From: Cetorhinus maximus
Taxonomy: Eukaryota
Direction: 5' to 3'
NCBI RefSeq assembly: GCF_964194155.1
Contig: NC_135888.1
Location: 96,658,001 to 96,722,000 of the forward strand
DNA: 64,000 nucleotides
The translations under genes and the position numbers were made by a program. This document shows, piece after piece, positions 53,215 through 64,000 of the stretch; positions within the stretch are counted from its first letter, which is position 1, and each line of letters starts with the position of its first letter. Below the pieces are notes generated by a model. The model saw nothing but the letters and a program-made list of their open reading frames with translations. It was not told where the DNA came from and did not search any database.

Positions 53215-53336
53215 CGGCGGGATTTTCTGCACCCACCTGCTGCCGCGATCTTCTGGTCCCGCCGCAAGTCTTCCAGCTGGGGCACCGCCTCACCCACGGT
53301 GGGTCCCACCCGCAACAGGGCTGGAAAATCCCGGCC
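53215..53336. mobile_element. Small PIF/Harbinger-like MITE (122 bp) nested in CR1
   Basis: TTA|CGGCGGGATTTTC...GAAAATCCCGGCC|TTA; removing it restores the CR1 sequence aaactcttactgtctg. Confidence 0.82.
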
Positions 53337-54726
53337 TTACTGTCTGTTTTTATATTCCTAGCTATCTTTCTCTCATACTCTTATTTCTCCCTCATTACTT
53401 TTTTCCGTCATTCTTCACTGGTTTTTAAATTCTGTCCAATCTTCTGGCCTACCGCTATTCTTCACAGAGCTTAATGCTTTTTCTTTCAATTTGATACTAT
53501 TTTTATCTGCCTTAGTTAGCCACAGAAGGTGCATCCTTCTCGTAGCCTTTCTATGTATCTTTGAGCAGTGTTATGAAATATCTCCTTAAAAGCCTGCCAT
53601 TGCATCACCTACTGACCTACCCTTAGCCTAATTTCCCAGTTCACTTAAGCCAGCTCTCTCTTCATACCCTTGTAACTGCCTTTATTTAAGTTTAAAACAC
53701 TAATCTTAGACTCACTCTTCATTCCCTCAAACTGAATGAGAAATTCAATCATGGTATGATCACTGCTACCTAGAGGCTCCTTCACTATGAAGTCATTTAT
53801 TAATCCTGCCTCATTGCACACTACCAGGCCGAGGATAGCCTGTGTTCTGGTTGTCTCTAGAATGCGCTGGTCTAAGAAAATGTCCAAAAAACAGCCTATG
53901 AATTCATCTTCCAGGTTACTTTTGCCGATCTGATTCATTCAATCCATATGTAGGTTAAAATCACCCATAATTGTTGAGCGCCTTTCTTACAAGTTCCCAT
54001 TGTTTCTTCCTGTATATCCCATCCAACAGTGTTATTACAATTAGGAGGCCTATGAACTACAACCACAATTGACTTCTTACCTTTGCTATTTTTATCTCTA
54101 CCCAAACTGATTCCACATCTTGATCTTTAAAACTGTCATCTTTCACAATTGCACTAATGTCATCCTTAATTAGCAGAGCAACGCCACCACCTTTTTCTAG
54201 CTTCTTGCCCTTCCAAAATATCAAGTATCCTTAAATATTCAGGTCCCAGCATTGGTCACCTTGCAGCCACATCCCTAAAATGGCTATCGGGTGATACATA
54301 TTTATTTCTATTTGAGTTAACAATTCATCTGTTTTGTTACAAATGGATATAGAGCCTTTAGTTCTGTCTTTTTGCTATTTTTGCAAACTCTGGCCTGCTG
54401 CTTTAAGTTTGTATGCTTTGTCCCTCACATGAATAGTGTGTTTGGAAATTGGAGGCACTTAGCAATTGTCACCTTTGTAATCATAGAGAGCAGTGCAAAC
54501 AGGCAACTGTGCCTACAGGTGCTCATGCAGTACTGCCAGACTTCCCCTAAACTCCAGCATTCATAAAGTGTACTTTCCAATGCACATCTTCTTGCAATGT
54601 CCTCACATGACTTGCCAGTTTATTCTTTGGATGAGGGTAATTTCTGTTGGCATAAACTCACCTTAAATACTGCCTTATTCCCTTTTCCTCAATTCTCTCC
54701 TGCTCACGTTCATGTTAACGTAATGG

Positions 54727-55390
54727 TTTTTTTATAAATAAAATTTACAAAAGTACATTACATGATCGTTCAAAGTTGACATTACAAAAGGTGCAACCAA
54801 ATCAGTTTGTTCCAATACTGTACATTACTCATTACATTTACAAGTAGTTATTTACAAACAAGATTCATTAAATGTGAAACATACAGCCCAGGGGTTTTAC
54901 CCAGTTTCCAGCCCCTCGGTGTTGTATGGCTGAAAGCCTTAGATGGTGGCGTTTCCCCATTGCATCTTGGCAGCAACTGCCCCAAACTTTAGTGTGTCCC
55001 TCAGCATGTAGTCCTCGACTTTGGAATGTGCCAGTCTGCAACACTTGGACGTGGAGAACACTTTGCACTGGAAGACCAACAAGTTTCAAGCAGACCAGAG
55101 TGTCTTTTGCTGAGTTGATGGTCCTCCAGCCACAGCTGATGTTTATCTCGACGTGTCCCTCTATGAACAGCCCATAAAGCACAGAGTCCTGTGTCATGCA
55201 GCTACTGGGGATGAACCGTGACAAAAAACCACTGCATCTCTCTCCAGACCTTTGCAAAGGCACATTCCAGGTGGACAACAGTCTCTCCCCCACCACAGTT
55301 CCCTTGAGGGAAATGTGCAGAGATGTTGAGACTCTGGGCATGCAGGAAGGATCTGATAGGGTGGGTTCTTCTTACCACCAGCCAAGCTAC
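54727..55390 (-). mobile_element. L1/Tx1-clade LINE 3' end
   Basis: ORF 54868..55341 includes QDSVLYGLF...WRTINSAKDTL, typical of Tx1-like ORF2 C-termini; a T-tract at 54727 is consistent with a poly(A) tail. Confidence 0.65.
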
Positions 55391-56099
55391 ATCTTAGTGC
55401 TTGTTTGAAAGTTCTGTTGATGAATCATTTTGCTGACACTGGCAGTCTGCTCAGTAATGTTGCATCTTTACATCTGCTCCAGAGAAGTACTCACTGTGAG
55501 TAGGCAGGTATCACTCAAGTGACCTCAGACACCCACAAGCAGTCTCAAACAACTTTAATGGTGTGTGGGCAAAAAGTTATTCCCAGCAGCAATAATTGCT
55601 AGTCAAATATTCAGCAATTTTTAAGCTCAAAAGCTCCTCATTTCTACCTGTCTACGGCAAAAACTACGTTACATTTTTCATTCTAATGTATCTCTAGTGC
55701 TAAATTACATGCATTAAATTTAACTGGCAGATTATGGAAGGACCGAGTCACATATTTGCAAATTCTAGGGAGGGGAGGCAGAACAGTGGAAATGGCTTCT
55801 GCCTCAGTTTGGCGTCCTGAGAAACAAGTTGTCCTAACTTAAAAAAACTATAAACACATTGAGAACAAAATGTAGTTTAGGGAGTGGGGGGTCCTTACTG
55901 ACAAAATTAGAATGAAAAAGTGGAAGCCTCGAGAAACTTCAGCTTTCAGTATGCAAATGAGACATATCACAGATTGAAGAATTTCAGCCAAATTGCAATA
56001 GCGGGACCAGGGATTAAAGCAATATTGGAACTGATATCAATCAATTCTTCTTCGGGGAAGAGTGCTGATGTTCGTGTGGAATAGGTTTCAGATGGAGCG

Positions 56100-56580
56100 G
56101 ATGTAAAAGGCCGGAAATAGTTTTGAAAAAGCTGAAATTTCCCTACTGCGACGGCGCGGTGCCCCTCCGCCCGCCGGTTAATTTCTCGAGGCTCCACCGT
56201 TCGGACTGCGTGACTCTCGTTCCATTTCTCGGCCAGTGATTGCGCGTGTCTGTGTCACCAAGGAAGATGGCGGATGAAGCCGAGGATTTGGGTAGTGCAG
56301 CGGACGAGACCGACGGCGAGACGGAGCTGCCCTCGTCCCCGGCCGCCAGTGGTGGGGGCGCGGAGGAGGGCGGCTGGTCGACCCCCATTCTGTCGCTGGC
56401 TAAGAAAGCGTCGGAGACCCTGTCGGCGAACTACGGAAGCGCTTTAAAATCAGCAGCCGTGGGATTCGCAGTCAAAGCGAGCGGCAGCGACAACACTGTC
56501 AGCAAAAGTAGGGCTGTAGGGGGCGGGGCCAGGGGGCGTGGCGGGGGCGGGGCCAGGGGGCGTGGCGGGGGCGGGGCCGC
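56100..56580 (+). promoter_or_regulatory. RUFY1 CpG island/promoter with ETS and YY1 motifs and tandem GC boxes
   Basis: High CpG density; CCGGAA ~56111; AAGATGGCGG over the ATG; (GGGGGCGGGGCCAGGGGGCGTGGC)x2.5 at 56519-56578. Confidence 0.75.
56267..56507 (+). CDS. RUFY1: RUN and FYVE domain-containing protein 1, coding exon 1
   Basis: MADEAEDLG...WSTPILSLAKKASETLSANYGSALKSAA matches the RUFY1 motif [27 protein letters not shown]. Phase-1 donor A|GTAGGG fits exon 2, but it is weak, so the 3' boundary is less certain. Confidence 0.85.
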
Positions 56581-56593
56581 TCAATCCTGTGAT

Positions 56594-56800
56594 TAAAAGC
56601 AAAAAAAAAACTGCGGATGCTGGAAATCCAAATCAAAAACAAAAACACCTGGAAAAACTCAGCAAGTCTGGCAGCATCTGCGGAGAGGAGCACAGTTAAC
56701 GTTTGAACTGTTGAAGGGTCCATTCGGACTGGAAACGTTAACTGTGCTCCTCTCCGCAGATGCCGCCAGACTTGCTGAGTTTTTCCAGGTGTTTTTTTGT
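56594..56800. mobile_element. Penelope-terminus hairpin element in RUFY1 intron 1
   Basis: Arms aaaacacctggaaaaactcagcaagtctggcagcatctgcggagaggagcacagttaacgttt and its exact reverse complement; degenerate flanking repeat gctcaatcctgt / gctcagtactgt. Confidence 0.85.
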
Positions 56801-56954
56801 GCTCAGTACTGTAGGCCCTTGTTTCTGTGCTGACCACTTCCCATCCCAGCCACTGGAGTTGTCTGGCTGGGAGACCAGTCAGCCCACTCTTGGGCATTTA
56901 CTGCTGAACATAAGTTTCATTGGGCCTTTGGCCATTTTAAAATTATTTTTGCCT

Positions 56955-58050
56955 TCTTGACCTGTCTGTAGCCTTTGACGCAGTTGACCACATATTCCTC
57001 TACTGTTTCACCATTGTTGTCAGCTGGGTGGGATTCCAATCACCTGGTTCCATACAAATCTATCTAATTGCAGTGGCTTCCCTTCCTGCTCCGAAACTAT
57101 TGGCGCTGGTGTCTCCCATGGTTCTATCCTTGGCCACCTCCTGTTTTTTTTTTTATCTATGTGGTGCCTCTTTGTGTTATCATCCAAAAACATACATTTT
57201 TTCACATGCATCAAGCTCTACCTCATGATCACTTCTCCTCATCCACTGCTGTTAAAATGTCAGACTGCTTGTTGGGCATTCAGTACTGGATGAGCAGAAT
57301 GAGCAGAAATGTTCTTCAATTATTGGGAATACAGAAGCCATTGTCTTCAGTTCCCTACTACAAACTCTGTTCCCTAGCTATGGAACCCCTCCCTCTCCCT
57401 ATATGACCACTGTTTGAGGCTAAATCAGACTATTTGCAACTTTGCTGTCATATTTGACTCAAGATGACTTTCTATATCAGTACTAAGATTCCTTATTTCA
57501 ATTTCTGCAACAAAGAACACTGCCCCTGTGTCAGCACATGTGCCAAAATCCTCATTCTTACCTTTGTTACCTTGGGTTGGCTATTCCTCCTGGCTGGCCT
57601 CTCATATTCCACATTTTACCCTCTCTAAATGTGATGTCATCTAAAACTGCTGCTCTTGACAAATCCCATTCACCCATCTCTCCTGTGCTGACTGACCTTC
57701 ATTTGCTCCTGTTTAAGCAACATTTTGATTTTAAAATTCTCATCCTTGTTTTCAAGTCCTTCCATGACCTCACCCCTCATCTCCTCCAGCCAACAACTCT
57801 CTGAGATATCTGACACTAATCTAATTCTGGCCTTTTGAGCATCTGTAATTTTAACTGTTCCACCATTAGTGGCTCTGCCTTCAGCTGCCTAGGCCCTAAA
57901 CCTCTCCATCTTTCCACCTATCTCCTTCTCTAAGACATTCCTTAAAACTTGACCAAGTTTCTGGCCAAAATTGCCTCATGCATTGGTGACAAAGTTTGCT
58001 TCATAACATTCTTTGAAGTGCATTGGGACTTTTATGTTAGAAGTATTCTG
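56955..58050 (+). mobile_element. L2 LINE 3' fragment
   Basis: cttgacctgtctgtagcctttgac (RT LDLSxAFD), SHSPISPVLTDLHLL...FKILILVFKS and an L2-like tail. Confidence 0.78.
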
Positions 58051-58941
58051 TATATACAAGTTGTTGTTATAGCAGCTGTTACAAACCTTTACTGTCTGCC
58101 CCTTGCATGATGTTTAGTTATGCTCAACTAAAACAAAGGAATTGAATTAAATTTAGGGTGGATGAATCTAAATTTTTGGGGTTGCATTGATGTATAATAT
58201 ATGCTCAATTCATTTCTCTTTTAAAAGTTGCAAGTACACACTTTGCAATCTCCTGTGCAAAATGTACAGTCATATTTTATCTTTAATTGGATGACGGAAG
58301 GCACTTAGTGAACTGGGTTGACGATAAAGCAAAGGGGAAATCTTTGATTTTTATAGAGAAAATATTAATGGGTTTCAGTGATTTGCAGCAAATAAAGCAT
58401 ATAGTCATGCAGCTTTTATAATTCAAAAGTAACAGAGCTAATGGTACTTTTCCAACTGTGTCTATAGTATTGAATATGCTGTTGTATTTTTCAGCCCAAT
58501 TATGACCCGCTTTCCTCAGGTGAGATAATCACCTTTTTTTGTGCTAGCATCCGTGTGTGTGTGTGTAACAGACACAGGAGTTTTTCGTGTTCACCACTGG
58601 AAACTGCTGTGGAAAGATGAAGCTGAAAACAGTTGGATATATTCAGTGCCTGTCGACTAGTGACAGAAATGAATGGCCTCAGATAGGAGAAGTGGCAGTA
58701 CAGGCTGGAGGGCAATTAGTCTATTTTTTCAAACATGGGGAATAGCAGATTACAATAACAGAAAAAACTATTCTGAAAGTTGAGGTTGCTGCACAAATGT
58801 CTTAAGATAGTCAGTTTTACCAGCAATATGCAATTATTTTAATGTGGTATAAATGTTGTTTTTACCATGTTAAGGTAGTGCTTTGAATTATAGCAAACAG
58901 TTATCTATTTCTAATCAGTTAATTTTTATTTTTTTTATTAG

Positions 58942-59115
58942 ATGTTAATGAACATGTGAAAAATGAGCGAGTCAACCTCATGAATATGATGAAACTTAGT
59001 ATTAAAGTGCTCATTCAATCTGCATTAAGCCTGGGAAGAACTTTGGATGCAGATTACCCTCCTCTTCAGCAGTTCTTCGTGGTAATGGAGCAGTGTCTCA
59101 AACATGGACTGAAAG
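58942..59115 (+). CDS. RUFY1: RUFY1 coding exon 2 (174 nt)
   Basis: [57 protein letters not shown]; acceptor tttattag, donor G|GTACC. Confidence 0.96.
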
Positions 59116-59205
59116 GTACCGGATTATGTGTTATTTTAGTAGCTGTGCTTCATTCCGCAAAAGATCACCATACTGATAAAACCTTTTTTTTTAAATCGCT
59201 CACAG

Positions 59206-59323
59206 TAAAGAAGACTTTTCTTGGACCAAACAAATCATTTTGGGGTCCTCTGGAGCTGGTGGAAAAACTTTGTCCTGAAGCTGCTGAAATAGCAACTAGT
59301 GTTCGAGACCTGCCAGGGCTTAA
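59206..59323 (+). CDS. RUFY1: RUFY1 coding exon 3 (RUN domain; 118 nt)
   Basis: [38 protein letters not shown]; acceptor ctcacag, donor GTGAGT. Confidence 0.96.
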
Positions 59324-59398
59324 GTGAGTTTGTAAATTCTTTTGTGGGTGGTGCTTTATTTGGATGAAAAGCATTAAACATAAATGTTTATCTTTCAG

Positions 59399-59500
59399 AA
59401 CTCCTGTAGGAAGAGGAAGGGCGTGGCTTAATCTTGCTTTAATGCAGAAGAAAATAGCCGATTATTTGAAGGCCTTGATTGATCGGAAAGACCTGCTGAG
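59399..59500 (+). CDS. RUFY1: RUFY1 coding exon 4 (RUN domain; 102 nt)
   Basis: [33 protein letters not shown]; acceptor tctttcag, donor GTGATT. Confidence 0.96.
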
Positions 59501-60499
59501 GTGATTGTCTTTTTTTTGTATGAAATGTTTGCTTTTCCTGGGATAGAGTTACTAATTGTCACTCTGACAAAAACCTATGGAGTGATTGTTGGAACATGTG
59601 GTTGCTAAAATGAAGTAAAATCATAGAATGTTACTGCACAGAAACTGGCCGTTTTTCATCAAGCCTGTATTGGTGCTTTTCCCCATAAGCCAGGTGATTG
59701 AATTCCATTCTCCTTGTTCATCATACCAATTAGTAACACTTTTCATGTAATTGGTTTTTCAGATAATTTATGGATTTTGCTTCAACAATATTGGCAGAGA
59801 ATTCTACCTTTTTAATAATCCCCTTTAAAGAATTTTTTCTAAAATTTTTTCCAATTTTTTTGTTGCAATTGTAACAAAGGGTACAAACTTACGGACCAGT
59901 AAACAGTCCATTTCTATTAACCTTAACATATGCACGTTGTACTGTTCACTGATCACCCTGTCCATGTTGACTTAGGCTGCTGGTCTCTCTAGGCCTCAAA
60001 TTTAAATTTTCATCTTTGTGTTTAAATCCTTCATGACCATACTCCTCCTTGTCTGTCATCTTCTCCATGTCTGTCATCTTCTCCAGCCCTACAACCCCTC
60101 ACCACCCAACATTCTGTTTCTCTGAAACTGGCCTCTTTTTGTCCCAACCCATTGTCTGATCTTTGGCAGCCATTCTTTCAGCCACTTAGAGCAAATCCCG
60201 GAGCTTGGGGCTCTTTTTTTTTTAAGATCCTCAAAATTCACCTCTTTGAACAAGGTTTTGGTCACTCCTCCTGACATGTTCTGCACTGATTTGCCATTCA
60301 TTTCTTCCTTACACCTCTGAAATGCCTTATGACTTTTTTCCTACATTAAAGGAGCTGTAATACAAATTACTCTTTAGCAACCTCCGCCTCCAGTGGTTCT
60401 GAGATCCCAATTCCTCTGACTACTGAAGCAAAGTACTTAATTAACCTGACAATATTTCACATTCTGCTGAAAGCTTGTCTCTCAAGCAGCACCATCTCT

Positions 60500-61795
60500 A
60501 CTTCCATTAGATTCTCTCTTGTTGGAGATGGTCAGAGCCTGAATGTTATCCAGGTCTTGCTGCATGTGGACATGGATTGCTTCAGTATTGGAGTCAAGAA
60601 TGGTACTGAAAACTATGTAATCATCAGCAAACCTCCCATTTCTTACCTTATGTTGAGGGAAGGTCATTGATGACGCAGCTGAAGATGGTTGGACCCTGAG
60701 GACCTAGATGATTGGCCTCCAACGATGACAACCATCTTCCATTGTGCTAGGTACGATTCCAACCAGTGGGGAGTTTGCCTCCTGATTCCCATTAACTTCA
60801 CACTAGGTCAAATGCTGTGATGCAAAGGTCAGTCAATCGCCTCACCTTTTGAATTCAGCTCTTTTGTGGATGTTTGGAACAAGGCTGAAATGAGGTCAGG
60901 AGCAGCACCTGGCATACCTAAAAATGAGGTGCCAACCTGATGAAATGACAACAATGGCTACCTGCATGCTAAATAGCAGAAACAATATGTGATAAACAGA
61001 GCTAAGCGATCAGATCAAACATGTGGCAGGAGTACACAGCCAGTCATGAATGGTGGTGGACAACTAAACAACTAACCAGAGGAGGAGGCTCCTCAAATAT
61101 CCCCATCCTCAATGATGGGGGAGCCCAGCACATCAATACAAAAGACAAGGCTGAAGCATTTGCAATCATCTTCAGCCAGAAGTGCCTAGTGGGTGAACCA
61201 TCACAGCCTCCTCCTGAGATCCCCAACATCACAGCTGCCAGTCTTCAGACAATTTGATTCATTCCATGTAATAAGAAATGGCTGAAAGCACTGGATACAG
61301 CAAAAGCTATGTGCCATGACAACATCCTGGCAGTAGTATAGAAGACTTATGGCCTAGATTAGCTCAGTCAGTAGTGGTGCTACCAAGTAGCTCTTGGTGA
61401 TGGACATTGAAGTCTCCCATCCAGAGTATGTTCTGTGCTCTTGCAACCATCAATGCTTCTTCCAAATGGTGTTCAGCATGGAGTATTAACTCACCAGCTG
61501 TGGGAGGGCAATTGGTGGTAATCAGGAGAACGTTTTCTTGCCCATGTTTGACCTGATGCCATGAGACTTCATGGGGTATGGAATCAATGTTGAGGACTCC
61601 TGACTATTCCAATATGCTGCCCACCACCTCTAGTGGGTCTATTTTACTGGTGGGACAGGACATACCCAGGAATGGTGATGGAAGAGTCTGGGACATTGGC
61701 CAATGTCTGATACAATGCGTATAAATATTTCAGGCTGTTGCTTGACCTGTTTGACACATTTGCTTGACAGTTCTCCTAAAAGTAACACAAGCCCC
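60500..61795. mobile_element. CR1-clade LINE pieces in -/+/- orientation
   Basis: 60500-60900 is minus (RT FADD region), 60900-61350 plus (HEWWWTTKQLTRGGGSSNIPILNDGG) and 61350-61790 minus (endonuclease region). Confidence 0.75.
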
Positions 61796-61799
61796 CATG

Positions 61800-63700
61800 A
61801 AGGAATAAAAAAAGTTGGGAGATTCTTTTTAAAATACATGAGTACAATCCATCTGGACCAGAGGTTTTATCCTCTTTAAGTTTTTTAGTTTTGGAGAATT
61901 CTGAAATTCATAACTAGTGAAGAAATTTCTCCTCATATCAATCCAAAATGATCAGCCCCTTAGCCTGAGTCTGTTCCTACGTTTTATAGATTCAGTGTTC
62001 TATGTTTCAATGACCTCACCTCTCGTTCTCCTAAACTCTTTAAAAACTATACAAAGAATGCAGGCCCAATTCACTCCATCTCTCATCATAGGGCAACCCT
62101 CGGGTTCCAGAACCAATCTTTCAATGTCATATCTACCTGTTCTATCTCCCTTCTAAACACCGAAGTAAAATAATTAACATTTCTGCCATCTTTCTATCGT
62201 TATTTATGGTATTATCCTATCTATCCTTTAATGGTTCTATTCCCATCACAGCCATTTTTTTGATATGCTGTAAAAAATTTTATTTTGTTTTATGTTTCTT
62301 GATGATTTAATTTCATTGTTTCTCTTTGCCTTCCTGTTTTTTTTAACGTTTCTCCTAATTTCTTCATATTCTGTCTTATCATGCTCTGTTGTCTGTGTAC
62401 TTTAAGTATGCCTCTTTCCTAACTCTCAGTTGTTTCCTTATGCCTTTATTCTTCAATGAAGTCTTACTAGCGTTTCTTTTGTTTATTGGTGGAATATATT
62501 TTCCCTGCACTCTGAACACCATTTAAATGTTTCCCATTATTGTTCTACTTCGTTGTTTGCCAATATTGTTGCCAATTTTATTTTCCCAAACTGTATTCTC
62601 AGCCTCTCAAATTCAGCTTTGCCCCAATCTATGAATCTGTTTTATGTCATACTTATGTTCTTCTCTATAATAATCTTAAAGCATATTATGGTCACCATTG
62701 CCTAGATGTTCTCCTACCTTTTACTTCTCATATCTACTCTGGTTCACTCCCCATTACTGGAGCCGAATAGTGTGTGTTCTTTGTTGGACTTTTCACGTAT
62801 TAGATGAGAGGGGTCCTGTACACATTGTAGGAACTCCATTCCTTTACCTACCTCTTCTGTCCAATTAATATCAGGGTGGTTGAAATCTCCCATAATTATC
62901 ATTTTTTTTTACTCCATTTCCTAATTCGTCTGCATATTTCTCCCTCCACCTCGCTTCCATTATTAGGTGGCCTGCAGACTTCACTTATTAGTGCGATTGA
63001 TCCTTTATTACCTTTTATCTCCATTGATATGGATTCTATTCTTAACTTGATGATAGTTGAGCCCCTTTTTTCCCTACTGTTACTTTGCTATCACTAATAA
63101 GTACAGCTACTCCACCTCCTCTTTTTATCCATCTATCTTTTCTAAGTATCTTATAGCCTGCGATGTTTAATTCCCAATCCTGAGTTTTCTGTAACCATGC
63201 CTCCGTAATCCCTACTGTGTCTGTTTTCTCCCAATGTGTGATTGCCTCCAGCTCCACTTTTTTATTACGGGCACTCTATGCATTGCTGTACTCATTTTAA
63301 ATACTATTTCCTCTTGATTTATGTTTAACTTTTTTTTTAGACTGCTGTTCTATAACTTTATTTGTTCTCTTGCTGCCAATGTCCTCCATTTATTCTTTCC
63401 TGTGCTTTCCTTCCCTTTTTTTGTTTAAGTTTAGACAGCTTATGTTTCTTGTATATCCCTCCCCATCTCCTCTTAATGGTCTAAAGCCTTTGCTACCCCC
63501 CTATTTACCCTCTCTGCTAGTACACTGGTCCCATGCTGGTTCAAGTGGAGCCCATTCCATTGGTAATGCTCCTTCCTCTTTGAGAACTGGTGCCCGTTTC
63601 CCATAAGAAGGAACCCCTCCTCTCCCCATCAAAGCATTTCTCACCAAGACTTGTTCTTTGCTACCTGGCTGCATATTGATAGTGCGCACATAGCTCATGA
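61800..63700 (-). mobile_element. Degenerate CR1 LINE (end of ORF1 and endonuclease)
   Basis: ORF 63042..63257 VGITEAWLQKTQDWELNIAGYKILRKDRWIKRGGGVAVLI is the APE endonuclease N-terminus. Confidence 0.82.
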
Positions 63701-63796
63701 TATACCAAATTTAACTAGTCGGTTTTCAAGCAAGATGTCTTCATTTGCTTCTTGCAAATTAGGTGCATTGTGTTGTAGGGCCTTTCAGTATCCACT

Positions 63797-63900
63797 TAAC
63801 GTTAACTGATTTCTTCTCCGCCGATGCTGCCAGACTTGCTGAGTTTTTCCAGGTAATTCTGTTTTTGTTTTGGATTTTCAGCATCCGCAGTAGCTTTTAG
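63797..63900 (+). mobile_element. Penelope-terminus fragment starting at the ribozyme palindrome
   Basis: aacgttaactgatttcttctccgccgatgctgccagacttgctgagtttttccagg...cagcatccgcagt. Confidence 0.75.
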
Positions 63901-64000
63901 CTTTTTGTTTTTATCTAGGGTTTACTTGCCTTCATCTTAATGCCCTTTTATGTGCAATTTTTTTTTTTGATTCAAATTTGTTTATTTCCCTATTCACCCA

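Larger units (their letters stand above)
50890..54370 (-). mobile_element. CR1 LINE (endonuclease to 3' end), interrupted by two MITEs
   Basis: ORFs 53645..53938, 52792..53052 (ADKSPRPNGLHPRVL), 52507..52791 (VYLDFQRAFDK) and 51443..51682; CR1-type 3' end near 50890-50990. Confidence 0.9.

Noticed and set aside
58942-59500. RUFY2 or RUFY3 assignment
   Set aside because: MMKLSIKVL and the exon-1 WSxPILxLA motif match RUFY1.
61618-61640. CTCF-like motif caccacctctagtgg
   Set aside because: It lies inside a CR1-clade LINE fragment and is a weaker match.
63940-64000. Polypyrimidine tract possibly preceding RUFY1 exon 5
   Set aside because: The AG and exon would fall outside the window, so it cannot be supported.

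Overview
Vertebrate genomic DNA, most likely a shark or other cartilaginous fish (inferred from SacSINE1/Deu-type SINEs and dense CR1, L2, Penelope and Tx1 repeats). Three host genes can be reconstructed from splice signals and protein similarity. PFDN1 coding exons 1-2 lie on the minus strand (rest beyond the left edge). HBEGF is complete on the minus strand, with 5 coding exons (212 aa) plus a 3'-UTR exon. RUFY1 exons 1-4 lie on the plus strand and continue past the right edge. Much of the rest is transposon-derived: Penelope RT and GIY-YIG fragments, a degenerate Gmr1-type Gypsy element, a solo LTR, CR1/L2/Tx1 LINEs, SINEs and Harbinger/hAT-like MITEs. The most notable observation is a family of ~200-230 bp hairpin elements made of two inverted Penelope termini. 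They carry minimal hammerhead-ribozyme cores, and one has a perfect 15-bp target-site duplication. Also notable: a ~670-bp non-genic inverted repeat, a divergent CTCF-motif pair between HBEGF and RUFY1, a stop-free 90-nt RUFY1 intron, and a candidate 25-nt RUFY1 micro-exon. Exon coordinates were counted by hand; repeat boundaries are approximate and family names come from recalled motifs, not database searches.
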